Assembly (NCBI GenBank): GCA_965219455.1 | Contig: OZ244744.1 | Span: forward strand, 5,728,001-5,792,000 | DNA from: Candidatus Latescibacterota bacterium | GTDB lineage: Bacteria > Latescibacterota > UBA2968 > GCA-2709665 | Length of the DNA stretch: 64,000 nt | Reading direction: 5' to 3' | Translations under genes and position numbers: made by a program | The notes under the pieces: generated by a model | The model's database searches: none | Seen by the model: the letters and a program-made list of their open reading frames with translations, nothing else | What the model was told of the DNA's origin: nothing | Shown here: positions 49,884 to 58,958 of the stretch, in pieces | Position numbering within the stretch: the first letter of the stretch is position 1 | How the letters are laid out: every line of letters starts with the position of its first letter

Positions 49884-49942
49884 AGGGTAAGAGGTTGCTC
49901 GCGTGCCGCCGGTAAGTACTTATTTTGCCGCGCGCACAGGTC

Positions 49943-51466
49943 TCAGGAAGTGGACCGTCCAAAGTGCCTGACAAACTCCAGAAAGTCGGGGAAATTGACC
50001 TGCCCATCATTATTCAGATCGTAGACCTGATCGTAATCCGAAGCAAGCTCGACTTTGCCGAAGTTTCTTGCGAACAGCAGAAAGTCGTTGAAATCGACCA
50101 ACCCGCTGCCGTCGAAATCCACGGCGCCGATCGCCTCCAGATCCCAGGTGCGGACGGTTCTCATAAACGCCAGAATGCCATCGGTGTCGACGTCCCGGTC
50201 GCTTTCCAGAACCAACACGTCCCGTCTCTCCCGCGATAGTGTATAGCGGGTACCGTCTGACGGGTATTTCAGCACCAACAGGTCGGCGTAAAGGTCTTGA
50301 AACTCGGTCGCATCGTCGTCGCTGTCCCAGCTGGTATAAAGCATGTATAATAGCGACCGGCCGTCCCGCGATCTGAACATCGCGAACCGGTCTCCGTTCC
50401 ACCCTTCCGCGGCCGATTCACCGGCAGTTGCCATGTCAAACTCGGCGAAAACATAACGCCACCTCAGCTCGCCAATCGTATCTTCATGCATCAATTCCCA
50501 TTCATCGAACAGGTTCTCTTGTTCAAACGGCGGCCATGCGAGCCGGTCCGCCGTCTCGCCGGCCAGCCATTTCTCCGGATGCAGAATCTGTTCGGTCGAT
50601 ACCGGCGGATCCGTAAACAACCGATCGACGTGCTCCCAACCCTGCTTCCAGTTTTGATGCTGCTTCCGGATATGATTGACAACATTCATCCCTAATCCAG
50701 GGACCTGGGCACGCTGGAGGACGGCAAATCCGGGGATTGAATCCATCCTCGCCGCCCGCGCCGCCGCAACCGATTCACTCTCCGTCGATGGCCCGTGCGC
50801 CATCCCCCTCCGAATCTCCTGCGCGCTCCGCCCCAGGCTGGAGCGGATCGCCGTCTGTAACACGCCCAGCGAGGGCAATCGGCCATTCCAATTTATCTGC
50901 CACAGGATCTCCTCTATGTATCTCGCCTCGCCTTCGACGACGGCCCGGCGTGCCAAAAGCTCGTCGGCGTTCAAAGGGGCGGCCTTGTCGAGGAAGAACT
51001 CGTTCAGGTCGAAGTACTGGTCTTGCAGACCATGATACAACTCAATTGCCAGACGGCCCTCCCAGTGTTCGACAGCAACGTCATCACTGAGCAGAAATAA
51101 CGTGTCCGCGTCGAAGTCGTAATAGGCGGCAACTCCAATTGCGGTTACGCCCTGAAGGTAAGATCGTTCCAGGACGACCTCTCCCCTGTACAGGCCCAGT
51201 TTCCGAACGCATCGATCCAGGTCTTCAAGGTGCAACACCGAGCGCGGCAGCGCCGCCCTGCGTTCGAGATAGGCCCCGAAGCCCGGCCTGCCATTAAGCT
51301 CCATCTCTACCGCCTGTTTGAACTCTCGCCCCCGGATCTCGGCGACCTGCTCTTCCAGCGCCCGGGCCCTCGAGCGGATTGCCGTGAGATTCTGAGCGCT
51401 TACGGAGGCGTCGGCGACAAGGACCCCCAGCACAATGAAAAACCCCCAATGTGTGGCTGATTTCAT
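49943..51466 (-). CDS. Secreted zincin-like protein with degenerate HExxH and C-terminal dockerin-like domain
   Basis: Signal peptide; AAYYD, IELYHGLQDQYFDL, AVVEGEA, PVSTEQILHPEK, AAEGWNGD; tail DFDGSGLVDFNDF...DLNNDGQVNFPDF. Confidence 0.75.
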   Translation of the reverse strand: MKSATHWGFFIVLGVLVADASVSAQNLTAIRSRARALEEQVAEIRGREFKQAVEMELNGRPGFGAYLERRAALPRSVLHLEDLDRCVRKLGLYRGEVVLERSYLQGVTAIGVAAYYDFDADTLFLLSDDVAVEHWEGRLAIELYHGLQDQYFDLNEFFLDKAAPLNADELLARRAVVEGEARYIEEILWQINWNGRLPSLGVLQTAIRSSLGRSAQEIRRGMAHGPSTESESVAAARAARMDSIPGFAVLQRAQVPGLGMNVVNHIRKQHQNWKQGWEHVDRLFTDPPVSTEQILHPEKWLAGETADRLAWPPFEQENLFDEWELMHEDTIGELRWRYVFAEFDMATAGESAAEGWNGDRFAMFRSRDGRSLLYMLYTSWDSDDDATEFQDLYADLLVLKYPSDGTRYTLSRERRDVLVLESDRDVDTDGILAFMRTVRTWDLEAIGAVDFDGSGLVDFNDFLLFARNFGKVELASDYDQVYDLNNDGQVNFPDFLEFVRHFGRSTS

Positions 51467-51489
51467 TTTTCACCCTTATTCGGAAGGGT

Positions 51490-51580
51490 CGCATCTTGTG
51501 CCAGCGGATTCGGAACCTCGGGCGACCAAGGGTATGCCAGGTCGTTCACCCAGACGTGAACGTGAGGATCGACAATGCAA
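51490..51580 (-). pseudogene. Remnant of an amidohydrolase 5' end (paralog of 49065..49883)
   Basis: Encodes IVDPHVHVWVNDLAYPWSPEVPNPLAQDA vs IIDPHVHVWVNDPAYPWAPDNPNPPGEDA; 66/80 nt identical by manual count; no in-frame start. Confidence 0.85.
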
Positions 51581-51683
51581 AAATGCCGTAATATGCGCTT
51601 GCCGGATTACGTTAACATTCCTTACTTTCGGATCTCTGGCACAGGATGACAGGTATCAGATCCTTCAATGGTTGTTCAGCGAT

Positions 51684-51857
51684 TTATAACAAACTTCGAT
51701 GGTTGGCCATGATTAATTCAAGCGCCGAGTCGATGACGTCTTTTTTGATTTCTACAAGGCTGGCAGCCTCGATATACAAACCGTCAACAGCGCTTTGAGC
51801 ATAAAAAAACCTGCGACTAACGATCCTGGATAGCCTTCGCTGAATATATGCGTTCAT
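51684..51857 (-). pseudogene. Decayed DUF1902/HicB-like small gene
   Basis: 57-codon ORF ending FYAQSAVDGLYIEAASLVEIKKDVIDSALELIMANH; a shifted frame upstream reads RIYSAKAIQDR*SQVF; locally low GC. Confidence 0.55.
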
Positions 51858-51866
51858 AGATTTCGA

Positions 51867-52961
51867 CTACGCCAATTCCTCCGCGACCGCGCAGACCGCG
51901 CGTGTGGCTTCATCGACGTCGCCCTGGCTGATACCAAGATACGGTATGGCGCGAATCGCCGTGGGGCCGGGCGTGCTCACGCGGACGCCCCATCCGATAA
52001 GCAACCGGCTTGCAAACTCTTTCGAAATCACCCCCGTACCGCCCACGTCGAATTTCACCATATTGGTCTCGACCTCGTCCGGATTCACCTGAATTCCCGG
52101 CGCGTCCGAGATGCCCACCGCCAGCCTCCTGGCATTGGCATGGTCCTCTGCAAGCCTGTCGATATTATGTCTCAACGCGTAGATCCCGGCGGCCGCAACA
52201 AAACCCGCCTGGCGCATGGCGCCGCCGACCCGCTGCTTCCACTGCCAGGCGGCTTCAATAAACCCGGTCTCGCCGGCCAGTACGCCGCCGATGGGCGCAC
52301 CCAGACCCTTGCTCAGATCGATCCAGAGCGAATCAAACGTCTCCGCGTAATCCCTTGCGGAAATCCCGGACGCGACCACCGCGTTGAACAGACGGGCGCC
52401 GTCCATGTGCGTCTTCACGTCACGCTCGTGTGCCGCATCGCAGACCGCCCGCATCTGTTCCAATGGCCAGACGCGCCCACCCGGCCGGTTTGTGGTCTGT
52501 TCAACGGCCACCAGGCGAAAGCCCGACCAGTAGCGGGTCGCTGGCTGAAGGGCATCCGCCACGTGTTCAGCCGTAAAGTGCCCATTGACGCCGTCAACGG
52601 GGTACAGGGTGGCGCTTGCGAGGACTGCCGCTCCGCCGGCTTCGGAATGCAACGGATGGGCGTTTCTTTCCAGTAGAACCATATCGCCGGGGCGGCAGTG
52701 CACCGCAAAGGCAATCTGGTTGCACATCGTACCTGACGGCAGCAGCAATGCGGCTTCTTTGCCCAGCATGTCGGCCACCATCTCCTGCAGTTCATTCACC
52801 GACGGATCTTCCCCGCGCTGCTCATCGCCGACTTCCGCCGCACACATAAACTCCCGCATTTCGCGGGTGGGTTTCGTTGCCGTATCGCTGTACAGGTCAA
52901 TTTTCAACAGAGAACTATCGACAGGCTCCGGATACACTGTTGTCTCCTTATGTTCAACCAT
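51867..52961 (-). CDS. ltaE: Low-specificity L-threonine aldolase family
   Basis: DLYSDT.TKPT, VGDE...EDP, PSGTMCN, HMDGARLFNA, LSKGLGAP, GGAMRQAG. Confidence 0.93.
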   Translation of the reverse strand: MVEHKETTVYPEPVDSSLLKIDLYSDTATKPTREMREFMCAAEVGDEQRGEDPSVNELQEMVADMLGKEAALLLPSGTMCNQIAFAVHCRPGDMVLLERNAHPLHSEAGGAAVLASATLYPVDGVNGHFTAEHVADALQPATRYWSGFRLVAVEQTTNRPGGRVWPLEQMRAVCDAAHERDVKTHMDGARLFNAVVASGISARDYAETFDSLWIDLSKGLGAPIGGVLAGETGFIEAAWQWKQRVGGAMRQAGFVAAAGIYALRHNIDRLAEDHANARRLAVGISDAPGIQVNPDEVETNMVKFDVGGTGVISKEFASRLLIGWGVRVSTPGPTAIRAIPYLGISQGDVDEATRAVCAVAEELA

Positions 52962-53129
52962 TGTGACGGGTTGCGACGCAGAGACCAGACCAGCCGGCCA
53001 CAGCAATCAATCGATTGAAGCGGGGCAACCGGCTCTGGCCGAACGGAGGGATGAAACCGGGATTCGCCGCGTTCCGAAAACTCCATAACGCGAAAACAAA
53101 ACATAAGGAATGGCTGGCGGAGTACCTCT

Positions 53130-54092
53130 TTAACCTCGATTGGGGCCGCTATCTTTTCGGAAGAGACCCAGGAACCTGTCCTCGTAAAGCCCATACAGGT
53201 TCCACCGGTCCAGTTCCCGCTTCAACAGGGACGCCTTTTCTTTGGACGTGTCTTGTTCGACCTCTCCAAACAGGCGCTCGATCCGCTCCATCACCACCTG
53301 AGGCACCTGCTCCTCGTCCACTTCTTCGAGTTCAATTTCATCCTCTTCCTCGTGTTCCATGGTGGAGAAGGTAGTGCGAATCTTCTCTTCGATCTGGGAC
53401 ATGGTGTCGTCCATGCGTTCAACGGCCTGGTCGATTTCCGACATATCCACATCCAGATCCAGCATTCTCGCCCAGACCCGAACGATCTCCCGCGATGCCT
53501 TGGGATTCGGCATCATCTGGGCGTACATCGGCATGGTCGCCAACATGCAGGCCGCCCGGATATTTCGAAGCCCGGCCGATCCCAGCAACAGTCCGTTCAG
53601 ACCGGCAATATGTCCTTCCTGCAAGATCTCCACGCCGTACTGCCCAAGCGCGTCGCGCAAGGCTTCCTCGTTGGCCGCGCCGAGGACCTGAACGCGTTCG
53701 TGGTGGCTGATGGGCATTGCGAACGCCGCGCCGGTATAGATGGCTTCCACCTTGAACTTCTGCGCAAGGTCAAGCATGTGGCCCATGAGAACCGTGCCTC
53801 CCATGCCCGGTATCTGTGCTTCGCTTTCGGATATAATTAACGGCGGCTCTTCGACGTAGTAAAAGACGTGGCTTGGCAGATCCGAAAACGAACGCGCGAG
53901 TCCCTTTTCCACAACCACCGCCTCCGGGGCGAAATATTCACTCATGTCAATCTCTGCGAACGGCAGCGCGTCCAGTTTCCGACGTAGGTAATCCAGCGCC
54001 CCAACGCCCACACTTCCCATACCCGGCCATGCGGCCAGCATAATCGAAGGGCGCATCCGATCTGAAAAATCTCTGGTGATTCTCGCATTCAT
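53130..54092 (-). CDS. PAC2 (proteasome assembly chaperone) family protein
   Basis: WPGMGSVG, GHIAGLNGLLLG, PNPKAS; acidic C-terminal tail with LKRELDRW..Y..YEDRFL. Confidence 0.82.
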   Translation of the reverse strand: MNARITRDFSDRMRPSIMLAAWPGMGSVGVGALDYLRRKLDALPFAEIDMSEYFAPEAVVVEKGLARSFSDLPSHVFYYVEEPPLIISESEAQIPGMGGTVLMGHMLDLAQKFKVEAIYTGAAFAMPISHHERVQVLGAANEEALRDALGQYGVEILQEGHIAGLNGLLLGSAGLRNIRAACMLATMPMYAQMMPNPKASREIVRVWARMLDLDVDMSEIDQAVERMDDTMSQIEEKIRTTFSTMEHEEEDEIELEEVDEEQVPQVVMERIERLFGEVEQDTSKEKASLLKRELDRWNLYGLYEDRFLGLFRKDSGPNRG

Positions 54093-54118
54093 CTTAATTC
54101 CACCTCCCGCCCGGGGCC

Positions 54119-54191
54119 TGGTGTCCCGTCGCAGAAATATGTCACCGTTCATCCGCCGAATTTAGGCAATCTATTTCGGGACAGAACACTG
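54119..54191. mobile_element. MITE-like element, family A copy 1
   Basis: Ends TGGTGTCCCGTCGCAGAAATA ... TATTTCGGGACAGAACACTG are imperfect inverted repeats shared with 55658 and 63121. Confidence 0.7.
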
Positions 54192-54444
54192 ATACCGACT
54201 GAAAAGGCTGGAAACCGATGCAATCCCGTTCAACACGGATTTGCGCCCGATAATATACGACAATCCCGTGGGATATCCAAAGCATCCGTAAATGAACCGC
54301 AGGATCGATTCAGCCTGATCTGGCTTCCGAACGACCCGATAGCACTGCGATCGCGCTCAGCTACGAAGCGATCGATAATAAACCGCCGTCGATCCGTATT
54401 CCTGGTTTCGTGGATACGGTACACAGACCAACACTGCATTTCGG

Positions 54445-55527
54445 CTATACGAATCCCTCAAGCGGATGGGTTCGGTCAGCCATCGGAAACGCCACGCGCC
54501 CGCCTGAAATCTGCGATGCATAGGCTCCCAGCACCATCTCCAGAGCCTTCACCGCATCCACACCGCTCGAGAGGGGTTGCCGATTATGTTCGATCGCATC
54601 AATCAGATCCAGAATCGCCAGCCGATTGCCGTCGGCCAGCGGCGCGGCTTCCAGATCCAGCACTTCCCAAACCTGCGATTCATCCTCCGGCAACCAGGCA
54701 CTGTACGGATAAGCGGCAACCACGGTTGGCGCGCCGCCTCGCAGCATAAACCGTCCGTCCCGCCCCACCAGTTCCAACCCGAAACACTGCCCATTGCCGG
54801 GCTGATTCGCCCGGGACACAAAAAAACCGGCGGCACCGTTTTCAAACGCAAAACAACTGTGTATACAGTCTCCTGCAATCAGTCCGACGGGTTCCCTGGC
54901 TTCAAAGGCGTCACCTGGGCACAGTTCCCGGTCTCCCACTCTGACCTGAGCGCTCATCCAGGCCACGTCGCCGACAAGGTACCGCATCAGATTGAACAGG
55001 TGCGTGCCCAGAACCATCATGTCCTCACCTCCGCCGCGATGGTCCTGCTTGCCGGTTGCGTAGATCGCCAGCAACGGGCCGATGCGACCTTCGTCCAGCA
55101 TGTGTTTTACGGCGTGAACCTGCGGCAAATAAACGCCCTGATGCGCTGCGGCCAGTTTCACGCCCCCTCGTTCCGCCGCCGACACCATGCGGTCCGCCGA
55201 TTCCAGACTGTGCGCCATCGGTTTTTCGCAATAGATATGGCAGCCCGCCGCCACACACGCCAGTACCATCTCCTCGTGGCAATCCACCCAGCGGGGGCCC
55301 ACGGTTACAATTTCCAGCGCTTCTTTTTCCAGCATCTCCCGATAGTCTTCATAGGTCCGTTCCGCACCCACCGCCGCCGCGACTTCCCGCCGACCTTGCT
55401 CATCCGGATCCGCCACGGCCACCATGTCCACAACGCCAGCCGCCGCCAGGCCCAGATGAAGGCCATGTCCGTAGCCGCCTCGGTCCGTCCGGCCAATCGC
55501 GCCACCTCGATACCGTTTTCCAGACAT
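54445..55527 (-). CDS. Gfo/Idh/MocA family oxidoreductase
   Basis: GGYGHGLH, VAVADPD, HIYCEKP, GGGEDMMVLGTH. Confidence 0.92.
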   Translation of the reverse strand: MSGKRYRGGAIGRTDRGGYGHGLHLGLAAAGVVDMVAVADPDEQGRREVAAAVGAERTYEDYREMLEKEALEIVTVGPRWVDCHEEMVLACVAAGCHIYCEKPMAHSLESADRMVSAAERGGVKLAAAHQGVYLPQVHAVKHMLDEGRIGPLLAIYATGKQDHRGGGEDMMVLGTHLFNLMRYLVGDVAWMSAQVRVGDRELCPGDAFEAREPVGLIAGDCIHSCFAFENGAAGFFVSRANQPGNGQCFGLELVGRDGRFMLRGGAPTVVAAYPYSAWLPEDESQVWEVLDLEAAPLADGNRLAILDLIDAIEHNRQPLSSGVDAVKALEMVLGAYASQISGGRVAFPMADRTHPLEGFV

Positions 55528-55657
55528 ATACAATTCCCCTTATGCTGCGTGAATTTCCAACAAGCTCGATTCGACAAGCTTGCTTCGACTGGCCGTTTCG
55601 ACACGCTCAACGCAAGCAGCACAGACAGTGCAAGCAACGCCGCGAGACGGGATCAAA

Positions 55658-55697
55658 CGGCGGAAGAGCGGTCACATATTTCCGGGACAGGATACTA
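55658..55697. mobile_element. MITE-like element, family A copy 2 (partial, inverted)
   Basis: Reverse complement TAGTATCCTGTCCCGGAAATATGTGACCGCTCTTCCGCCG matches copy 1 TGGTGTCCCGTCGCAGAAATATGTCACCGTTCATCCGCCG; begins at the TAG stop of the dehydrogenase. Confidence 0.7.
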
Positions 55698-56741
55698 TGG
55701 CACCAGCACCACGCCGAGCGCTTCGTTGGGACGCTGAATCAAGTCTTCACAAGCCTCCGGCGCATCGGAAAGCCCGACCCGGTGGGTGATCAGCGGTTCG
55801 ACCAGCATCCGTCCGGAAGCCATAAACCCCAGACACTCCTCCAGGTTCCGTCTTGTGGTCCATTGCATGAACACGGGCGGATAGTCCCGTCCGTGTTCCC
55901 AGGCTTCATCGTGGTATCCGGGGCCCGTCCGGGCCGCGCTCCGCACGTCCAGGTTGCCCAGGCCCGACGCGAATACGTGCTCGATCCTCGCCCCGCCGAC
56001 GATCGTGATCCGGCCCATCTGGTGCGTATCGGGCGCCCGCTTCATCATCGCCACGAGCATCTTGAAAGCCTCGGTGCCATCGCCACCGAAGGCGAGAATG
56101 CCGGCATCCAGACCGTATCCGCACGTAAAAGCCGTTGACACCCCTACGGTGTCTTCCTCGCTCACATTGACGACCCGGTCCGCCCCGGTCTTATTCGCCG
56201 CTGCCAGGCGCATCGGCAACCTGTCCAGCGCAAGCGTGTGGCAGCCGGCAAGCCGCGCCCATTGGCAGGAGAACTGTCCCACCGGCCCCAGTCCGACCAC
56301 CGCAACATATTCACCCAGAGTCAACTCGGCACGGCGGACGGCGTTTAACGCCGTCGCAACGAGATGAATGGCCGACGCATCCTCAAAGTGCACGGAATCG
56401 GGCATGGGAGCCGCCATATTCCTGGGTACGCAGACGTGCGTCGCGTGCAGCGCATAGCCTCCACCCATACAGGCCACGCGAGTACCCGTTGGAATTCCTT
56501 CACACCCCTCACCCCGTCCGATTACCACGCCGGAATTGGAATAACCGAACGGGCGGGGCGGGGCGCTACCCGGTTTCTCCCGAAGCCTCTTCACGCCGCC
56601 CAGTTCCGTACCCGGACTCACAAAACTCGCTCTGACCTCAACCAGGACCTGACCGGGACCGGGCTGTGGAATCGGTTCCTCAAGCACCACAATCCGTCCA
56701 GCACCGTCTTTGGCCGCTACCTTGCGAAAGCCGTCTGGCAT
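55695..56741 (-). CDS. Zinc-binding (MDR) dehydrogenase
   Basis: SPGTE, GYSNSG, RVAC.G...HA, GLGPVG, LITHR; AGGAG before ATG 56741. Confidence 0.88.
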   Translation of the reverse strand: MPDGFRKVAAKDGAGRIVVLEEPIPQPGPGQVLVEVRASFVSPGTELGGVKRLREKPGSAPPRPFGYSNSGVVIGRGEGCEGIPTGTRVACMGGGYALHATHVCVPRNMAAPMPDSVHFEDASAIHLVATALNAVRRAELTLGEYVAVVGLGPVGQFSCQWARLAGCHTLALDRLPMRLAAANKTGADRVVNVSEEDTVGVSTAFTCGYGLDAGILAFGGDGTEAFKMLVAMMKRAPDTHQMGRITIVGGARIEHVFASGLGNLDVRSAARTGPGYHDEAWEHGRDYPPVFMQWTTRRNLEECLGFMASGRMLVEPLITHRVGLSDAPEACEDLIQRPNEALGVVLVP

Positions 56742-56885
56742 TTCAAGTCTCCTTTTCCTGACCATTCGCCTGTTGCGGGACATTGGCTATCAATCTGCAG
56801 TCATCCTTGTTTCTGACGCGCGACGGGACGTCCTGAAACCCTATAGCCGGACACACCCGGGCCGGAAGGATCACACCTGACGTGC

Positions 56886-58889
56886 TCAATACGTATGGAC
56901 GCGGTGGCCGCGTGGCACGAACCAGGCGGCATCCAATACCAACCCAAGCGCGATCGAAAACACGTATCCCACAAGAAGCCCGATAAAAAATGGACGCGAG
57001 CGCCTGTAAAACCCGGCGCCGAAAAATCTAAGCAGGATCGCCTTCAGGCTCCATGCCAGAAATATCGTAAACCCGGTCAGGTGGGAGAGGGCGGACCCGG
57101 AAAGCGCAAAACCGATGGGATGAAAGGGCCACCACGCAAACCGGTAGCGCATGAACGTGATTGCCCCCATGGCCAGCAGGCCCACGACGAAAAACACATA
57201 CTCACTCGATTGCATCGGTTTGGGTGAAATGATATCGCTTACCGCCCCCTGAAAACCCCTGTGCCCCGCCCGCGTCACGAGCCAGTTCGGCTCGAAATTG
57301 TACCCGCCCACCGTGTACCCCAGCCAGACCACGTATAAGGTGGACGCCACAAGTCCCACGAGAAACGCGGCGCACACCGACCAGAACAACCGCTTTCTGT
57401 TGCCCTCCACGAATTCACCCAGCCGGTTGGCATGCATGCCGAATGTGAATATCGTACCCTTAAAATGACTCAATGCCACGGCCGTGGGATAGAACAAGGC
57501 GTGGGTTGCCGCCGGTATCCCCTGGGGACCCCCGAGAGCGGCCTGTACAAGGCTTCGCGCCGATGTCGGCGAACTCAGAAAAACCAGTCCCGAGTCGGCC
57601 AGTATCTTCCCCATGGCCAGATAAACCAGAAACATGGTCGGCACCGTGAGCAGAATCACACCCACGTCCATCCCGGCATTCCAGAGCCAGGCGATCGCAT
57701 AAACACACCCGACTCCCAGTCCGAGAAACGCCGAGCGGTAGGAAATGAGTTCGCGGCTATCGTCGATATGGGCGCTTTGCGGTCTTAACGCTTTCAGGAA
57801 CGCATCCCAAAGATGACGCCTCGAAATCAAAACCCAGAACACTGCCAGACCGACAAATGCGCCTGCCGTCTGCCACGTATATGGCCCGGCCGACCGGTAG
57901 GAATGCCAGGACGGCATACCCAGTCGGGTCAGTATGCCCGATTCGATCACGAAGAAGAGATCGAAAAACCAGAGGCTGAACAGGACTTCCAGGCTGGCAA
58001 AATAGGCAAAACACACCGCAAAGGTATTGAAGGAAATCCACAACGCGGGAAAGTCCCGCGCCAGCGGCAGGTACCAACCCGGCGTCATACGGAAACTGGG
58101 AAAGGCCGGGAAAAACCAGCCGATCATGTTCCAGCAATAGATGAAGGCGCTTACCGAAAACCCGGCCCAGAACATCCGCCCCTTCATCAGTTCCGGCAAC
58201 AGCCGCCTTCCTGATCCGGCGGAGGATGCCATTTCCACGATCGGCTCCATGGCCGGAAACACCAGCTTTTCGTATTCCGACCACTGGCGATGGATGATAA
58301 TGGACGCGCAGAAACAGGCGAATGCCACTGCCGCAATAAACGTGAACCACCAGAACAGCGGCCCCGCCCAGCTTTCCCAGGGCACGGCCGCGTCGGGAGG
58401 CAATCCGTTGTAAAACCAGCTCATCTCCCCCTTTCTGTTCTGGGGGAAGATGAAATCCGGCAGATACGGATGCAGAAACTCCGACCAGCGATTCTCGGGC
58501 GTGGCGAAATAGTACGGGGACACGATCACACCCACCAGGTATCCACTCACGCCATACGTGGGTCCGAGCGAACTCACAAACCCCATGGTGAAGACGGTCA
58601 GCCACTCCGACCTGGAAAACACAAAGGCCCTTCCGAATCGAAAGGCCAGAACTGAACAGAAGACCATTGACAGCAGGGTCAATATCAGGTTGCCCATGGG
58701 CATATGGCTGTAGGCCATCAGCGAGCCATGAACAAGATAGAGCACGGTATTGGCCAGGAGACTGACGGCCGCGGCCAGGCACAGTCCAAAGACGACGGAT
58801 CGAAGCGTGACGCCCCGGTCAACAGACGCCATGGGCGTTTCGAGATTTCGTTGTTCGGCCTGTCGAACGGCCGCACTTTTTTCAGCCAT
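56886..58889 (-). CDS. DUF6785/DUF6784-like polytopic membrane protein, copy 2
   Basis: PYYFATPENRW, W.SW..P, QWSEYEKLVFP, WWPFHPIG, LAWSLK, PFFIGL. Confidence 0.75.
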   Translation of the reverse strand: MAEKSAAVRQAEQRNLETPMASVDRGVTLRSVVFGLCLAAAVSLLANTVLYLVHGSLMAYSHMPMGNLILTLLSMVFCSVLAFRFGRAFVFSRSEWLTVFTMGFVSSLGPTYGVSGYLVGVIVSPYYFATPENRWSEFLHPYLPDFIFPQNRKGEMSWFYNGLPPDAAVPWESWAGPLFWWFTFIAAVAFACFCASIIIHRQWSEYEKLVFPAMEPIVEMASSAGSGRRLLPELMKGRMFWAGFSVSAFIYCWNMIGWFFPAFPSFRMTPGWYLPLARDFPALWISFNTFAVCFAYFASLEVLFSLWFFDLFFVIESGILTRLGMPSWHSYRSAGPYTWQTAGAFVGLAVFWVLISRRHLWDAFLKALRPQSAHIDDSRELISYRSAFLGLGVGCVYAIAWLWNAGMDVGVILLTVPTMFLVYLAMGKILADSGLVFLSSPTSARSLVQAALGGPQGIPAATHALFYPTAVALSHFKGTIFTFGMHANRLGEFVEGNRKRLFWSVCAAFLVGLVASTLYVVWLGYTVGGYNFEPNWLVTRAGHRGFQGAVSDIISPKPMQSSEYVFFVVGLLAMGAITFMRYRFAWWPFHPIGFALSGSALSHLTGFTIFLAWSLKAILLRFFGAGFYRRSRPFFIGLLVGYVFSIALGLVLDAAWFVPRGHRVHTY

Positions 58890-58958
58890 TGGACAGCCCC
58901 ATATATAGGCCGGAGAATTTGCGGCTCACCCGCGCAGCCTGGCAATACAATAGAGTCT

